Numbered from the stretch's first letter, positions 9,134-19,899 are shown. The stretch is DNA of 64,000 nucleotides from Ignavibacteria bacterium (GCA_026415235.1 JAOAHM010000062.1:32788-96787), one strand, 5' to 3'. Made by a program: numbers and translations. The notes: a model not told the origin generated them from the letters alone.

Positions 9134-10413
9134 AAAAAGTAATCATTGTCGGTGGTGGATTAGCGGGAATCTCAGCAGCTATTCATTTGGTTGATAAAAA
9201 TTATGATGTAGTATTAATTGAAAGTTCGGCTCAACTTGGAGGAAGAGCAAAATCTTTTTTCGATGATGAATGGGGATGTTACATTGATAATGGGCAACAT
9301 ATCCTCATTAATGCTTACACAAATACAATTGAATTAATAAAAAAGATTGGCGCAGAAAAATTTTTCGATTTTCGGGATGATTTCGAGATTACTTTTCGAG
9401 ATAAAAATCTAAATGAATGGCGATTAAAGGTTAGTGAAAGTTCTAATTTGATTTTTGAAATATTCAAGTTTCAAAATTTAAATTTTATAGAGAAACTCTT
9501 TCTTATTTACTTCTTCGTTAAACTGAAATACATCAACATCGAACAATATCATGAATTCGATACTTATTCATTCCTGAAACAAAATTTTCAAACAGAAAAT
9601 GTGATAAATAATTTTTGGAGGCTCGTTGTTGAATCAGCATTGAATACTTCACTTGAGCAATCTTCGGCTAAAGTATTTCTAAGTACAATTAAGAAAATGT
9701 TTCTTGAATCCAAAAGCAATGCGAATATTATTCTTCCAAAAAAATCATTACACGAGTCTTTGATTAATCCTGCTGAAAATTTTCTCAATAGCAAAGGAGT
9801 AAGAATTATTAAAAACTATGTGGTAAATGAAATTAAAACTCAAGAAAATGTTGTGAGCGAAATTAAATCAAATTCAGGAGAGACTATATCAGGTGATTAT
9901 TTCATTTTAGCAGTTCATCCTTCAATGATTGGTAGATTAATTAAAAATTTTGCCGTGGATTTAAATTATCAAACGATTATCAATGTTCACTTTAAATTAG
10001 AAAATCAAACTTATAAGAATAAATTTTTTGCACTTTGGAATTCGGAAATTCATTGGGCATTCTTTCACGAAAATATTTTGACAGCTTTCAAAAGTTCAGC
10101 AAATGATTTATTAAGCTTAACAAACGATGAATTAGTTTCGATTTTTATTGATGAGTTAATTCAGTATTTCCCAGAATTGAGGAATGATTTAACAAAAATT
10201 CGTAGAAATAAATCAGATTATAGAATCATTAAAATCAAACGAGCAACTTTTATGTCCGATATTGCTTCAACAAAATCTCGACCAAAAATATTTACTGATT
10301 ACAAAAATCTCTTTCTTGCTGGTGATTATATTGAAACTGGTTTACCATCAACAATCGAAAGTGCTGTATTTAGTGGAAAGATGGTAGCAGAGAAAATTAT
10401 TAGTAATGCTTGA
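9130..10413 (+). CDS. hpnE: FAD-dependent amine-oxidase-family oxidoreductase, HpnE-type (hydroxysqualene dehydroxylase)
   Basis: N-terminal dinucleotide-binding motif VIIVGGGLAGISAA. ATGA overlap with the hpnD stop. C-terminal LAGDYIETGLPSTIESAVFSG is typical of this fold. Confidence 0.65.
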   Translation: MKKVIIVGGGLAGISAAIHLVDKNYDVVLIESSAQLGGRAKSFFDDEWGCYIDNGQHILINAYTNTIELIKKIGAEKFFDFRDDFEITFRDKNLNEWRLKVSESSNLIFEIFKFQNLNFIEKLFLIYFFVKLKYINIEQYHEFDTYSFLKQNFQTENVINNFWRLVVESALNTSLEQSSAKVFLSTIKKMFLESKSNANIILPKKSLHESLINPAENFLNSKGVRIIKNYVVNEIKTQENVVSEIKSNSGETISGDYFILAVHPSMIGRLIKNFAVDLNYQTIINVHFKLENQTYKNKFFALWNSEIHWAFFHENILTAFKSSANDLLSLTNDELVSIFIDELIQYFPELRNDLTKIRRNKSDYRIIKIKRATFMSDIASTKSRPKIFTDYKNLFLAGDYIETGLPSTIESAVFSGKMVAEKIISNA

Positions 10414-10448
10414 TAAGATTGTAATTAAAAATTAATTGAAGTTGAAAA

Positions 10449-11348
10449 CTATCGGTGATATTTCATTTTCATGTAATCGAAAATTGCTTTGCTAATTGAG
10501 CCAATAATTTCTTCACCAATTTTTGAGTTTGATAAATTTTTGGTCATAATCACTAATATGTATTTGAAATTTTTGTGATAATAGATTCCCATCTCGCATC
10601 GTACATCATCAAGCTCACCACCTTTGCTTGCAAGAGTTATTTCATCATCAATTCCTTCTAAGAGTGGCGTTTGTTTAGGTATGCTTAAAATTTTTATCAC
10701 TTCCTTGTTTAATGAATCTGAAAGAAATTTTCCATTATAAATTATGTTGAGCAATTTTAGTTTATCTTCAGGTGTTGATAAATTTTCCTTACCAGCCTTT
10801 CGTGCAGCAAAGTCCATCATCTTTCGCTGTAGTTTTGTATTAAATAATCCGAGTTCCTGAATTGTTCGATTAATGTTTTCCATTCCAAGTGCATCAATTA
10901 ATATGTTTGTAGCTGTATTGTCGCTTTGTTGAATCATAAGAACCGCAAGATTGTAATAACTTAATCTCAGAGAATTAATATCAAAGTATTGAATTAAACC
11001 ACTTCCACCGACTGTGTAATTAACAGGAAGCATCTTATAAATATTCAGTTTTCCTCTTTCGTATTCTTTAAATAAATGAAGCAGTATTTCAATTTTAATC
11101 GCACTTGCTGTTGGAAAGATTTCTTTTTCATTGTAGAAAAACTTCTCTTCGTCATTCAAGTCTTGAAAAACAATTCCAATTGGGTAGGAGAAACTTGATA
11201 TTTTTGATTTAATAATGCTATCAATTTTAACATTTTGATTGTATCTCAATTCATTCGCATTGTCAGTATGTGAAGATTTATCAAAAGAATATGTGAGAGA
11301 ATTAAAATACAATACTAAGATTGAAAATATAATTGAATGAATTTTCAT
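10449..11348 (-). CDS. Class A beta-lactamase-related serine hydrolase (secreted)
   Basis: Signal peptide MKIHSIIFSILVLYFNSLTYS. SxxK motif (SAIK), SDN motif (QQSDNTATN) and a KGG variant of KTG (ASKGGE). Convergent with hpnE. Confidence 0.55.
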   Translation of the reverse strand: MKIHSIIFSILVLYFNSLTYSFDKSSHTDNANELRYNQNVKIDSIIKSKISSFSYPIGIVFQDLNDEEKFFYNEKEIFPTASAIKIEILLHLFKEYERGKLNIYKMLPVNYTVGGSGLIQYFDINSLRLSYYNLAVLMIQQSDNTATNILIDALGMENINRTIQELGLFNTKLQRKMMDFAARKAGKENLSTPEDKLKLLNIIYNGKFLSDSLNKEVIKILSIPKQTPLLEGIDDEITLASKGGELDDVRCEMGIYYHKNFKYILVIMTKNLSNSKIGEEIIGSISKAIFDYMKMKYHR

Positions 11349-11463
11349 AATCTCAACCTCATTTCATTGAATAAGAAAAAAAGAATATTTATGTTTGAAT
11401 TGAATAATATTTATGAAAAAAATAACAAATACAAAAACTATAAACCAACAAAGGGAGGAATAA

Positions 11464-12747
11464 ATGCCCACACTCAAAGAAAAGCTCGCCGAACAAATAC
11501 CCGCACTTCGAGATGAAATTAAAAACTTAGTAAAAGAATTTGGCGACAAAGAAGTGGATAAAATCACCGTTGCCCAAATTTTTGGTGGGCTTCGAGGAGT
11601 TAAGTCTCTTGTCTGTGATACTTCATCTGTTCCACCTGACCGTGGATTATTGATTCGTGGAATTCCAATAATCGAGCTATCTGAAAAATTACCTGAAGAA
11701 ATTTTTTACCTTCTTTTGACAGGAGAATTACCAGATGAAGAGTCACTAAAACTTTTAATGCAAGATTTGAAAAAGCGAAGAAAAGTTCCTGACTATGTTT
11801 GGAAAGTTTTGAAAGCAATGCCAAAAGATTCTCATCCAATGTGCATGTTGAACACAGCAATTCTTGTAATGGAGAAGGAATCAGTTTTCAAGAAAATGTA
11901 TGAAAAGGGAATCAAGAAAGATGATTATTGGATTTATACTCTTGAAGATGCATTAAATCTTGTTGCACGAGTTCCAATCGTTGCAGCTGGAATCTATCGC
12001 ATGAAATACAATAAAGGACCTCGAATTCCGAGCAATCCAAAACTTGATATGGGCGCCGATTTTGCAAATATGCTCGGTATTAAAGATCCAAAAGGTGAAT
12101 TCACAAAGTTGATGAGACTTTATTTGGTTCTTCATTCTGACCACGAGAGTGGTAATGTGAGTGCTGCGACAGTTCAAACTGTTGCTTCTGCTCTTTCTGA
12201 TTTGTATTACGCACTTTCAGCTGGATTAAATGGATTGGCTGGTCCACTTCATGGACTTGCTAATCAAGAATGTTTAAAATTTGTTATTGATTTGAAAAAA
12301 CATTTCAAAGGTGTTCCTACTGATGAACAACTACGACAATTTGCATGGGATTGGTTAAATAGTGGTAAAGTTATTCCTGGTTATGGTCATGCAGTACTTC
12401 GAATTACAGATCCAAGATTTGATGCATTCTTGAAATTTGGTCAAACTTACTGTGCAAAAGATCAAATCTTCCAGATTGTTGAAAAAATATTTAATGTAGT
12501 TCCAAAAGTATTAATGGAGCAGGGAAAAGTTAAAGATCCATGGCCTAATGTTGATGCTGGTAGTGGTGCACTGCTATATCATTATGGAATGAAAGAATTC
12601 GATTTCTATACTGTATTGTTTGCAGTTTCGAGAACACTTGGAGTTACAGCACAAACTGTTATTGCTCGTGCTCTTGGTATGCCAATCGTTAGACCTAAAT
12701 CGGTTACTACTAAGTGGATTAAAGAGCATGTAACTAAACAATCTTAA
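11464..12747 (+). CDS. gltA: Citrate synthase
   Basis: AGGGAGG RBS. Motifs LHSDHESGNVSA, GYGHAVLR and DPWPNVDAGSG. Confidence 0.9.
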   Translation: MPTLKEKLAEQIPALRDEIKNLVKEFGDKEVDKITVAQIFGGLRGVKSLVCDTSSVPPDRGLLIRGIPIIELSEKLPEEIFYLLLTGELPDEESLKLLMQDLKKRRKVPDYVWKVLKAMPKDSHPMCMLNTAILVMEKESVFKKMYEKGIKKDDYWIYTLEDALNLVARVPIVAAGIYRMKYNKGPRIPSNPKLDMGADFANMLGIKDPKGEFTKLMRLYLVLHSDHESGNVSAATVQTVASALSDLYYALSAGLNGLAGPLHGLANQECLKFVIDLKKHFKGVPTDEQLRQFAWDWLNSGKVIPGYGHAVLRITDPRFDAFLKFGQTYCAKDQIFQIVEKIFNVVPKVLMEQGKVKDPWPNVDAGSGALLYHYGMKEFDFYTVLFAVSRTLGVTAQTVIARALGMPIVRPKSVTTKWIKEHVTKQS

Positions 12748-12780
12748 GATTGATTACATAGAAAATATTTTTTCTACTTG

Positions 12781-12814
12781 AGCCCTGAGTTTTACCTCAG
12801 GGCTTTTTGTTTTT
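12781..12814 (+). terminator. Rho-independent terminator after citrate synthase
   Basis: Stem AGCCCTGAG / CTCAGGGCT (9 bp, 6-nt loop) followed by TTTTGTTTTT. Confidence 0.8.
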
Positions 12815-13191
12815 CATATCGAATAACTATCAAACCTTAAATTGAAAATGAGTCTTCGTGCAGATTGAAAATTATATTGATGATTTATTCTTAGTTTAAT
12901 TTAGTCACCCACGCTTATTGATGAATTAATTTTGATTTTGATGATTTAAAATCGTTATCAAATATTTGAATTAGGTTGCTTTAAGTTTTTTTGATTTTGA
13001 TTCTTGAGAATTTCATGTGAATAATAATTTTCAAATTGTCACGCTATTTTTTTCAGGCGTGAATAATCAATTCGAAATAAAAGAAAGAATTTTCCAATGC
13101 TAATTTCAAATCATAATTTCTGTTGAAAAAATAATGAGTTTGATTGAAAAGATTTGTTCTAAACATTTTTTCAAGTTCCAATTTCAATTTT

Positions 13192-13199
13192 TAACTTTG
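13192..13199 (+). promoter_or_regulatory. Candidate Bacteroidota-type -7 promoter element (TAnnTTTG) upstream of nusB
   Basis: TAACTTTG lies 18 nt upstream of the nusB ATG. The consensus is known from Bacteroides sigma-A promoters, and its use in this organism is assumed. Confidence 0.3.
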
Positions 13200-13217
13200 C
13201 ATTAAAAGTAACTGCTT

Positions 13218-13673
13218 ATGGAGATGACAATTTCAAGAAGAAAATTGAGAGAGAAAGTTCTTCAAATTCTTTATGCTTACGAGCTTTCAAATGACTCGCT
13301 GGATTTAATGTTTGATGAATTGCTTCAAGAAGTTACAGATGAAGAAGCAAAGGAATTTGTCAAATCCCTAACGCTTCTCACAATAAAGCATCGTTCTGAA
13401 TATGATGAAATGATAAAGCAAGTTGTGAAAAATTGGGAAATCGATCGAATTGCTGTTATTGATCGTTTATTAATTAGAATGGCAACTTGCGAAATGCTTC
13501 ATTTCCCAGAAATCCCTCCGAAAGTTTCAATCAACGAAGTAATTGAAATTGCTAAAAGATATTCCACTGACCAGAGCGATAAATTCATCAATGGTGTTCT
13601 TGATGCGATACTTAAAAAATTAAAAGAAGAAAATCGCATTATTAAGCGTGGTCGTGGACTAATTGAAACTTAA
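13218..13673 (+). CDS. nusB: Transcription antitermination factor NusB
   Basis: Size and motifs RRKLREKVLQILYAYEL and IDRIAVIDRLLIRMATCEM are typical of NusB. An alternative ATG exists at 13224. Confidence 0.85.
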   Translation: MEMTISRRKLREKVLQILYAYELSNDSLDLMFDELLQEVTDEEAKEFVKSLTLLTIKHRSEYDEMIKQVVKNWEIDRIAVIDRLLIRMATCEMLHFPEIPPKVSINEVIEIAKRYSTDQSDKFINGVLDAILKKLKEENRIIKRGRGLIET

Positions 13674-13692
13674 TTGAATTCAAGGTCAACCT

Positions 13693-14931
13693 GTGCTTAT
13701 CAATTGGAAAAAAATTTTTTCAGAAAAATACAGAAAAGTATTTTACTGGGCTCTTTTTGATTTTGCCAACACTTCTTTTTCAATTACAATAGTCACATTT
13801 GTTTATGCTGTTTACTTCAAAGAGACTGTTGCGAACAATCAGCCTATTGGTGATTTTTATTGGAGCCTTGGCACAGGCATTTCGATGATGATTGTAGCTC
13901 TAATTTCACCATTCTTAGGTGCAATTGCTGATCATTCTGCAGGCAAGAAAAGATTTTTACTCTTTTTTACTTTGCTTTGTATTCTTTCAACTGCTTCACT
14001 GTATTTTATTGATGAAGGAAAAATAATTGAGGGATTGATTCTCTTCATTCTTGCAAATATTGGTTTTGAAGCAGGACTTGTTTTTTACGATGCATTTCTT
14101 CCTGAAATCTCGGATGAAAAAAATTATGGTCGTACATCTGGATTCGGATTTGCAATGGGTTACATCGGTTCTTTTGCATCTTTGATGATTGTTTATCCAC
14201 TGGTTGTGAATGATTTAGTAAGATATTCTTTTCCAGCTTCAGCATTATTCTTTTTAATTTTTTCTATTCCATTATTTCTCTTTTTACCTGATACAAAAAA
14301 GAAAATTCAACTTGAAAAAAGTTATTTCCGAATTGGCTTAGAACGAATAACTTTCACAATCAAACATATTAAAAATTACAAAAATCTTGGACTGTTTTTA
14401 CTCGCATTTTTCTTTTACATCGAAGGAGTAAATACCGCAATTTATTTTTCAGGAATTTATGCGAAATCAACTTTACATTTCAGTTTTAGCGAGTTAACCT
14501 TTTTTTTCATGATTGCTCAGACAACAGCAGTCCTTGGTTCAATTCTTTTTGGAATAATTGCAGACTCAATTGGACAGAAAAAAACAATTTACATGACTTT
14601 AATAATTTGGTTTGTTGTCATTATCTCAGCATCGCTAATTCAATCGAAAATTGGATTTTTTGTAATTGGAATTATTGCAGGTTTAGGTATGGGCTCAACA
14701 CAATCAGTTAGTCGAAGTTTGATGAGTAAACTCACTCCTGAAAATAAAAAAACAGAATTTTTTGGTTTTTACTCTTTCTTCGGAAAATCGTCAGCCATTT
14801 TTGGTCCGATTGTTTTTGGATTTGTTTCTTGGCAGTCGGGAAGTCAACGACTTGCTATACTTACTACTGGATTATTTTTTACAATTGGAATGATTCTTCT
14901 CAGCAAGGTCAAAGAAGAAAGAGCAACTTAA
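13693..14931 (+). CDS. MFS transporter, UMF1/Atg22-like
   Basis: About 12 predicted hydrophobic spans. The N-terminal WALFDFANTSF block resembles UMF1-family transporters. GTG start lies 19 nt after nusB. Confidence 0.6.
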   Translation: MLINWKKIFSEKYRKVFYWALFDFANTSFSITIVTFVYAVYFKETVANNQPIGDFYWSLGTGISMMIVALISPFLGAIADHSAGKKRFLLFFTLLCILSTASLYFIDEGKIIEGLILFILANIGFEAGLVFYDAFLPEISDEKNYGRTSGFGFAMGYIGSFASLMIVYPLVVNDLVRYSFPASALFFLIFSIPLFLFLPDTKKKIQLEKSYFRIGLERITFTIKHIKNYKNLGLFLLAFFFYIEGVNTAIYFSGIYAKSTLHFSFSELTFFFMIAQTTAVLGSILFGIIADSIGQKKTIYMTLIIWFVVIISASLIQSKIGFFVIGIIAGLGMGSTQSVSRSLMSKLTPENKKTEFFGFYSFFGKSSAIFGPIVFGFVSWQSGSQRLAILTTGLFFTIGMILLSKVKEERAT

Positions 14932-15012
14932 ATTAAAAATCTATCAACCGTTCCTTCCTTACTTGCTTCAAACTTTTATTTTGAATAACTTATTTCAGAG
15001 AATTTGATTACA

Positions 15013-16293
15013 ATGAAATTGTTAATTAAAAATATTTTAATTCTAACCTTCCTTGTACAAGTTTCTATTGCACAACCATCGAAAGTTTTTGTTTTAAAAA
15101 TTGATGACCCAATTACTCCACCAATTTCAGAATATATTCATGATGGAATAGAAGCTGCTATTGAAAGCAATGCTGAGTGTGTTGTTATCAAATTAAATAC
15201 ACCTGGAGGTTTGTTGAAATCAACCAGAGTAATTGTTTCTGAAATTTTAGAAGCAAAAATTCCAGTTGTTGTTTATGTTACACCATCTGGTGCGCAAGCA
15301 GCTTCAGCAGGAGTTTTCATTACACTCTCGGGTCATATTGCAGCCATGACACCAGGAACAAATATAGGTGCAGCACATCCAGTTTCTTTAGAAAAAACAG
15401 ATACAGTAATGATAGAAAAAGCTACGAACGATGCAGCAGCTTTTATTCGCACTATTTCAGAGAAAAGAAATCGAAATGTCAAATGGGCAGAAGATGCTGT
15501 TAGAAAAAGTTTATCAATAACTGAAACAGAAGCACTCAAACTAAAAGTAATTGATTTAATTGCTTCTGACTTGACCGATTTACTAAAGAAAATTGATTCA
15601 ATGAAAGTTATTGGGAATTTCGGTGAAAAAATTCTTTCCACAAAAAATGCGCAAGTAATCGAATTTGAAATGTCAATTGGTCAAAAGTTACTTCGATTGA
15701 TAAGTGACCCAAACATCGCATACATACTGTTGATGATTGGCCTTTATGGATTGTTATTCGAATTGTATAATCCAGGTTCAATATTCCCTGGAGTTATTGG
15801 AATAATCTCATTAATTCTTGCTTTTTATGCACTTCATACTCTTCCAGTTAACTTGGCTGGTATTGCATTAATCATTGTTGCTATAATTCTTTTTGTATTA
15901 GAAACACAAATAGTGAGTCATGGACTTTTAACCATTGGAGGTTTAATATCATTTATTTTGGGGTCTCTTATGTTAATTAAAACTGAGTCAGCTCTTGAAG
16001 TCTTTAAGGTTTCATACCAAGTAATTATTGTTTTAGCAATCTTAACATTTTTATTTTTCTCTTTTGCAATAGGATTAGGATTGAAAGCTCAAAAGCGAAG
16101 GACAACAACTGGACTTGAAGGAATGATTGGTGAAATTGGTGAGACAATTACGGATTTGAATCCAGAAGGACAAATTCGTGTACACGGAGAAATTTGGAAT
16201 GCTGTTTCTATTGATAATCAAAAAATAAATGAAGGTACAAAAGTCGAAGTCATTGATTACGAAAATTTGAAATTAAAAGTTAAAAAAATTTAG
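15013..16293 (+). CDS. NfeD-family membrane-bound serine protease (ClpP-like N-domain, TM segments, C-terminal OB domain)
   Basis: Blocks LNTPGGLL and [11 protein letters not shown], central hydrophobic helices, and a C-terminal [14 protein letters not shown] block. ATG 15013 is the likely start; the track uses TTG 15004. Confidence 0.75.
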   Translation: MKLLIKNILILTFLVQVSIAQPSKVFVLKIDDPITPPISEYIHDGIEAAIESNAECVVIKLNTPGGLLKSTRVIVSEILEAKIPVVVYVTPSGAQAASAGVFITLSGHIAAMTPGTNIGAAHPVSLEKTDTVMIEKATNDAAAFIRTISEKRNRNVKWAEDAVRKSLSITETEALKLKVIDLIASDLTDLLKKIDSMKVIGNFGEKILSTKNAQVIEFEMSIGQKLLRLISDPNIAYILLMIGLYGLLFELYNPGSIFPGVIGIISLILAFYALHTLPVNLAGIALIIVAIILFVLETQIVSHGLLTIGGLISFILGSLMLIKTESALEVFKVSYQVIIVLAILTFLFFSFAIGLGLKAQKRRTTTGLEGMIGEIGETITDLNPEGQIRVHGEIWNAVSIDNQKINEGTKVEVIDYENLKLKVKKI

Positions 16294-16303
16294 TGAGGTC
16301 GTT

Positions 16304-17080
16304 ATGTTATCTCCAATTCTATTTACAATTTTATTCTTCATCATTTTGATTCTATCAAGTGCAATTAAAGTTTTAAGAGAATACGAAAGGGGAGTTGTTT
16401 TTAGACTTGGTAGATTAATCGGTGCAAAAGGACCTGGTTTGATTCTTCTAATTCCAATAGTTGATAGAATGGTTAGGGTAAGTTTACGAACAATTGTAAT
16501 GGATGTACCTCCACAAGATGTGATTACAAAAGATAATGTTTCCTTAAAAGTTAATGCTGTAGTTTACTTCCGAGTTATTCAAGCTGAAAAGGCAATTGTT
16601 GAAGTGGAAGATTATTTACATGCAACATCACAACTTTCTCAAACTACATTAAGAAGCGTGTTAGGGCAATCTCAATTAGACGAAATTTTAGCAGAACGAG
16701 AAAAGATAAATCGAGAATTACAAAGAATCATTGACCATCAAACTGAACCTTGGGGAATTAAAGTATCCAATGTTGAAATTAAACATGTAGACTTGCCAAT
16801 CGAGATGCAGCGAGCAATGGCAAAACAAGCTGAAGCAGAAAGAGAACGCAGAGCAAAAATAATTCATGCTGAAGGCGAGTATCAAGCAAGTCAGAAATTG
16901 AAAGAAGCAGCTATGATTATTGAAGACCATCCAGTTGCAGTTCAATTAAGATTTTTACAAACACTAAATGAAGTTGCAAGTGAAAAAAACTCAACCACTA
17001 TTTTCCCAATTCCAATTGAATTAATAAAACCATTTCTAAAAGAGAAAGGAAAAGATAAAAAGAAAAAAACAGAAGATTGA
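16304..17080 (+). CDS. SPFH/band-7 (stomatin-like) protein, partner of NfeD
   Basis: [13 protein letters not shown] and the classical band-7 core. It starts 10 nt after the NfeD gene, which is the canonical NfeD-stomatin operon arrangement. Confidence 0.85.
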   Translation: MLSPILFTILFFIILILSSAIKVLREYERGVVFRLGRLIGAKGPGLILLIPIVDRMVRVSLRTIVMDVPPQDVITKDNVSLKVNAVVYFRVIQAEKAIVEVEDYLHATSQLSQTTLRSVLGQSQLDEILAEREKINRELQRIIDHQTEPWGIKVSNVEIKHVDLPIEMQRAMAKQAEAERERRAKIIHAEGEYQASQKLKEAAMIIEDHPVAVQLRFLQTLNEVASEKNSTTIFPIPIELIKPFLKEKGKDKKKKTED

Positions 17081-17127
17081 GAAAGCCTTAGAAATTTTTT
17101 AAGATTGCAACAGTTCATTGGAATTTT

Positions 17128-17203
<76 letters not shown>

Positions 17204-17510
17204 TTTGATTTCCACTCAAATTTTCAATCAATTTTTTCATAATAGTTTATAATTCAACTCTCTCTAAGTCCTACCAATCTCTTCAGCAAATTCAAATTTA
17301 GAATTGATTTTCATTAGTAAAATTGAATGACAAGTAAAACCACAAATAAAAGATTTACCATACATAATTTTTTAAGAATTTCTACCAAATTTTCTTTCGA
17401 GATAAATAATTAATCATTCTTCACCTCTCTTACTGTTTTGTATTAAACAAATAGAAATTATCTCAAAATTTTGCGAACTTTGTAACAGAAGTAATTAATA
17501 AAGGAAAATT

Positions 17511-18746
17511 ATGGCAATAATTAAACCATTCAAAGCACTCAGACCAGAGCGAAATGTTGCTCACTTAGTTGCAACTCCACCTTACGATGTTCTAAGTCGT
17601 GAAGAAGCATTTGAACTTGCAGAAGGCAATCCAATTTCGTTTCTGAGAGTAACTCGCTCAGAAATAGAGCTTCCTTCAAATGTTAATCCTTATTCTCAGG
17701 AAGTGTATGATTTAGCTAAGAAGAATTTGGAAAAGATTATTGAAAAAGCTCCGATGGTTCAAGATCAAAGTGATAAATTTTATCTCTATCAATTAGTGAT
17801 GGGTGAACAATCCCAAATTGGAATTGCAGCAACTTTTGCAGTAGATGATTATGATAACAATGTGATACTCAAACACGAAAAAACAAGAAAAGAAAAAGAA
17901 GATGACAGAACAAATCACATCTTAACAACTTCTGCTCAAACCGGACCTGTTTTTTTAACCTATCGAGATTTTAAAACAGTAAATGAAATTGTAGAAAAAA
18001 TTATAATGGAAGTCGCACCGATTTATGACTTCATCGCAAAAGATGGAGTGATGCACAGAATTTGGATTGTACCAGATAACTACAATGAAATGATCATTAA
18101 TGAAATTAAAAAAGTGGATAAGATATACATTGCTGATGGTCATCATCGTGCAGCAAGTGCATCAAGAGTTCGCGCAATTAAAAGAGAGCAAAATCCAAAT
18201 CATACAGGTAACGAAGAATACAATTTCTTCTTGGCAGTTCTGTTTCCGGCGTCACAATTAAAAATTCTACCTTACAATCGAATTGTATTCTCTTTGAATG
18301 GAATGAGTGAAGAACAATTTTTAGAAAAGATTAAAACAAATTTTGATGTTGCTCAAGTTGATTTTTCTTCACCTAAACAAAAAAGACAAATTTGTATGTA
18401 CTTAAACAAAAAATGGTATCTCTTAACTCCAAATGCAAATGTGAAAGAAGGAAAGAGTTATGGTGATAATTTAGATGTTAGTATCCTGCAGAATTATTTA
18501 TTAAATCCAATTTTAGGAATTGAAGATCCAAGAACAAGCAAAAACATAGATTTTGTTGGTGGCATTCGAGGGACAAAAGAACTTGAGAAGTTAGTTGATA
18601 GTGGAAAAGCAGCAGTTGCTTTTTCAATGTTTCCAGTAACAATTGAAGACTTAATGAATATTTCTGATGCAGGCGAGATAATGCCTCCAAAATCAACTTG
18701 GTTCGAACCAAAACTTAGAGATGGTTTATTAATTCACCTTATATAA
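17511..18746 (+). CDS. DUF1015-family protein (function unknown)
   Basis: N-terminus MAIIKPFKALRP and the IADGHHR motif are characteristic of DUF1015. It ends 17 nt upstream of serC. Confidence 0.7.
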   Translation: MAIIKPFKALRPERNVAHLVATPPYDVLSREEAFELAEGNPISFLRVTRSEIELPSNVNPYSQEVYDLAKKNLEKIIEKAPMVQDQSDKFYLYQLVMGEQSQIGIAATFAVDDYDNNVILKHEKTRKEKEDDRTNHILTTSAQTGPVFLTYRDFKTVNEIVEKIIMEVAPIYDFIAKDGVMHRIWIVPDNYNEMIINEIKKVDKIYIADGHHRAASASRVRAIKREQNPNHTGNEEYNFFLAVLFPASQLKILPYNRIVFSLNGMSEEQFLEKIKTNFDVAQVDFSSPKQKRQICMYLNKKWYLLTPNANVKEGKSYGDNLDVSILQNYLLNPILGIEDPRTSKNIDFVGGIRGTKELEKLVDSGKAAVAFSMFPVTIEDLMNISDAGEIMPPKSTWFEPKLRDGLLIHLI

Positions 18747-18763
18747 AAATAAATGAGGTTAAA

Positions 18764-19852
18764 ATGACAAACCGTGTATATAATTTCAACCCTGGTCCTG
18801 CAGTCTTACCTGAACCTGTTTTGAAAGAGGTTCAAGAAAATTTGATGGCTCTTCCTGGTGTAGGAATGTCGATTCTTGAAATAAGTCATCGTTCGTCAAC
18901 TTTTGAAAACATTTTGAATGAGACAATAGAAAATTTGCGAAAGCTTGCTAACATACCTTCGAATTACAAAATTCTGTTCTTAGGTGGTGGTGCAAGTCTA
19001 CAATTCTCAATGGTCCCATTAAACTTAATGCCTCCGAAAAATAAAGCAGATTATATTGTCACTGGTTCATGGAGTAAAAAAGCTGTTAAAGAAGCAAAAC
19101 GAGTTGGGCAAGTTAACATTGCAGCATCAACTGAAGAAGAAAATTTCAAAAGAATTCCAAAACAAGAGGAATTAAAGCTTGATCCTGATGCAGCTTATGT
19201 TCATTACACTTCGAACAACACTATCTTTGGAACTGAATGGCATTACATTCCTGAAGTCGGTGATGTTCCACTTGTTTGTGATATGAGCTCAGATATTTTC
19301 TCATATCCTTTTGATGTTTCAAAATACGGATTGATTTATGCTGGTGCACAAAAAAATCTTGGTCCTGCTGGCGTAACCATTGTAATTATTCGTGAAGATT
19401 TGCTCGAGCGTTCTCAAGATTCATTACATACCATGTTGAATTATAAAATTCACGCAGAGAATAATTCTCTTTACAATACTCCGCCAGTCTTTGCAATTTA
19501 TGTTGTTGGTTTGGTTGCAAAGTGGTTATTAAATTTAGGTGGACTTGAAGCAATTGCAAAAATAAATGATGAGAAAGCAAAATTAATTTATGATGCAATT
19601 GACAATTCAAATGGATTCTATCGAGGTCATGCAGAAAAAGATTCTCGTTCGAAGATGAACATAACATTCCGATTACCATCAGAGGAACTCGAAAAGAAAT
19701 TCGTTAAGGAAGCAACTGAACAAGGTTTAGTTGGATTGAAGGGACATCGTTCAGTTGGTGGTTTGAGAGCATCAGTTTATAATGCTTTCCCAATTGAAGG
19801 TGCAAAAGCACTTGTTGAATTCATGAAAGATTTCCAAAACAAAAATTCCTAA
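18764..19852 (+). CDS. serC: Phosphoserine aminotransferase
   Basis: YNFNPGPAVLP N-terminus and the PLP-lysine region GAQKNLGPAGVTIVIIRED. 362 aa. Confidence 0.9.
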   Translation: MTNRVYNFNPGPAVLPEPVLKEVQENLMALPGVGMSILEISHRSSTFENILNETIENLRKLANIPSNYKILFLGGGASLQFSMVPLNLMPPKNKADYIVTGSWSKKAVKEAKRVGQVNIAASTEEENFKRIPKQEELKLDPDAAYVHYTSNNTIFGTEWHYIPEVGDVPLVCDMSSDIFSYPFDVSKYGLIYAGAQKNLGPAGVTIVIIREDLLERSQDSLHTMLNYKIHAENNSLYNTPPVFAIYVVGLVAKWLLNLGGLEAIAKINDEKAKLIYDAIDNSNGFYRGHAEKDSRSKMNITFRLPSEELEKKFVKEATEQGLVGLKGHRSVGGLRASVYNAFPIEGAKALVEFMKDFQNKNS

Positions 19853-19872
19853 ACTCGAAATTCATCTGAAAG

Positions 19873-19899
19873 TCCCTCTCGTATCTTGAGAGGGATTTT
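19873..19899 (+). terminator. Rho-independent terminator after serC
   Basis: Stem TCCCTCTC / GAGAGGGA (8 bp, 7-nt loop) followed by TTTT. It sits only about 30 nt upstream of the next ATG. Confidence 0.65.
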
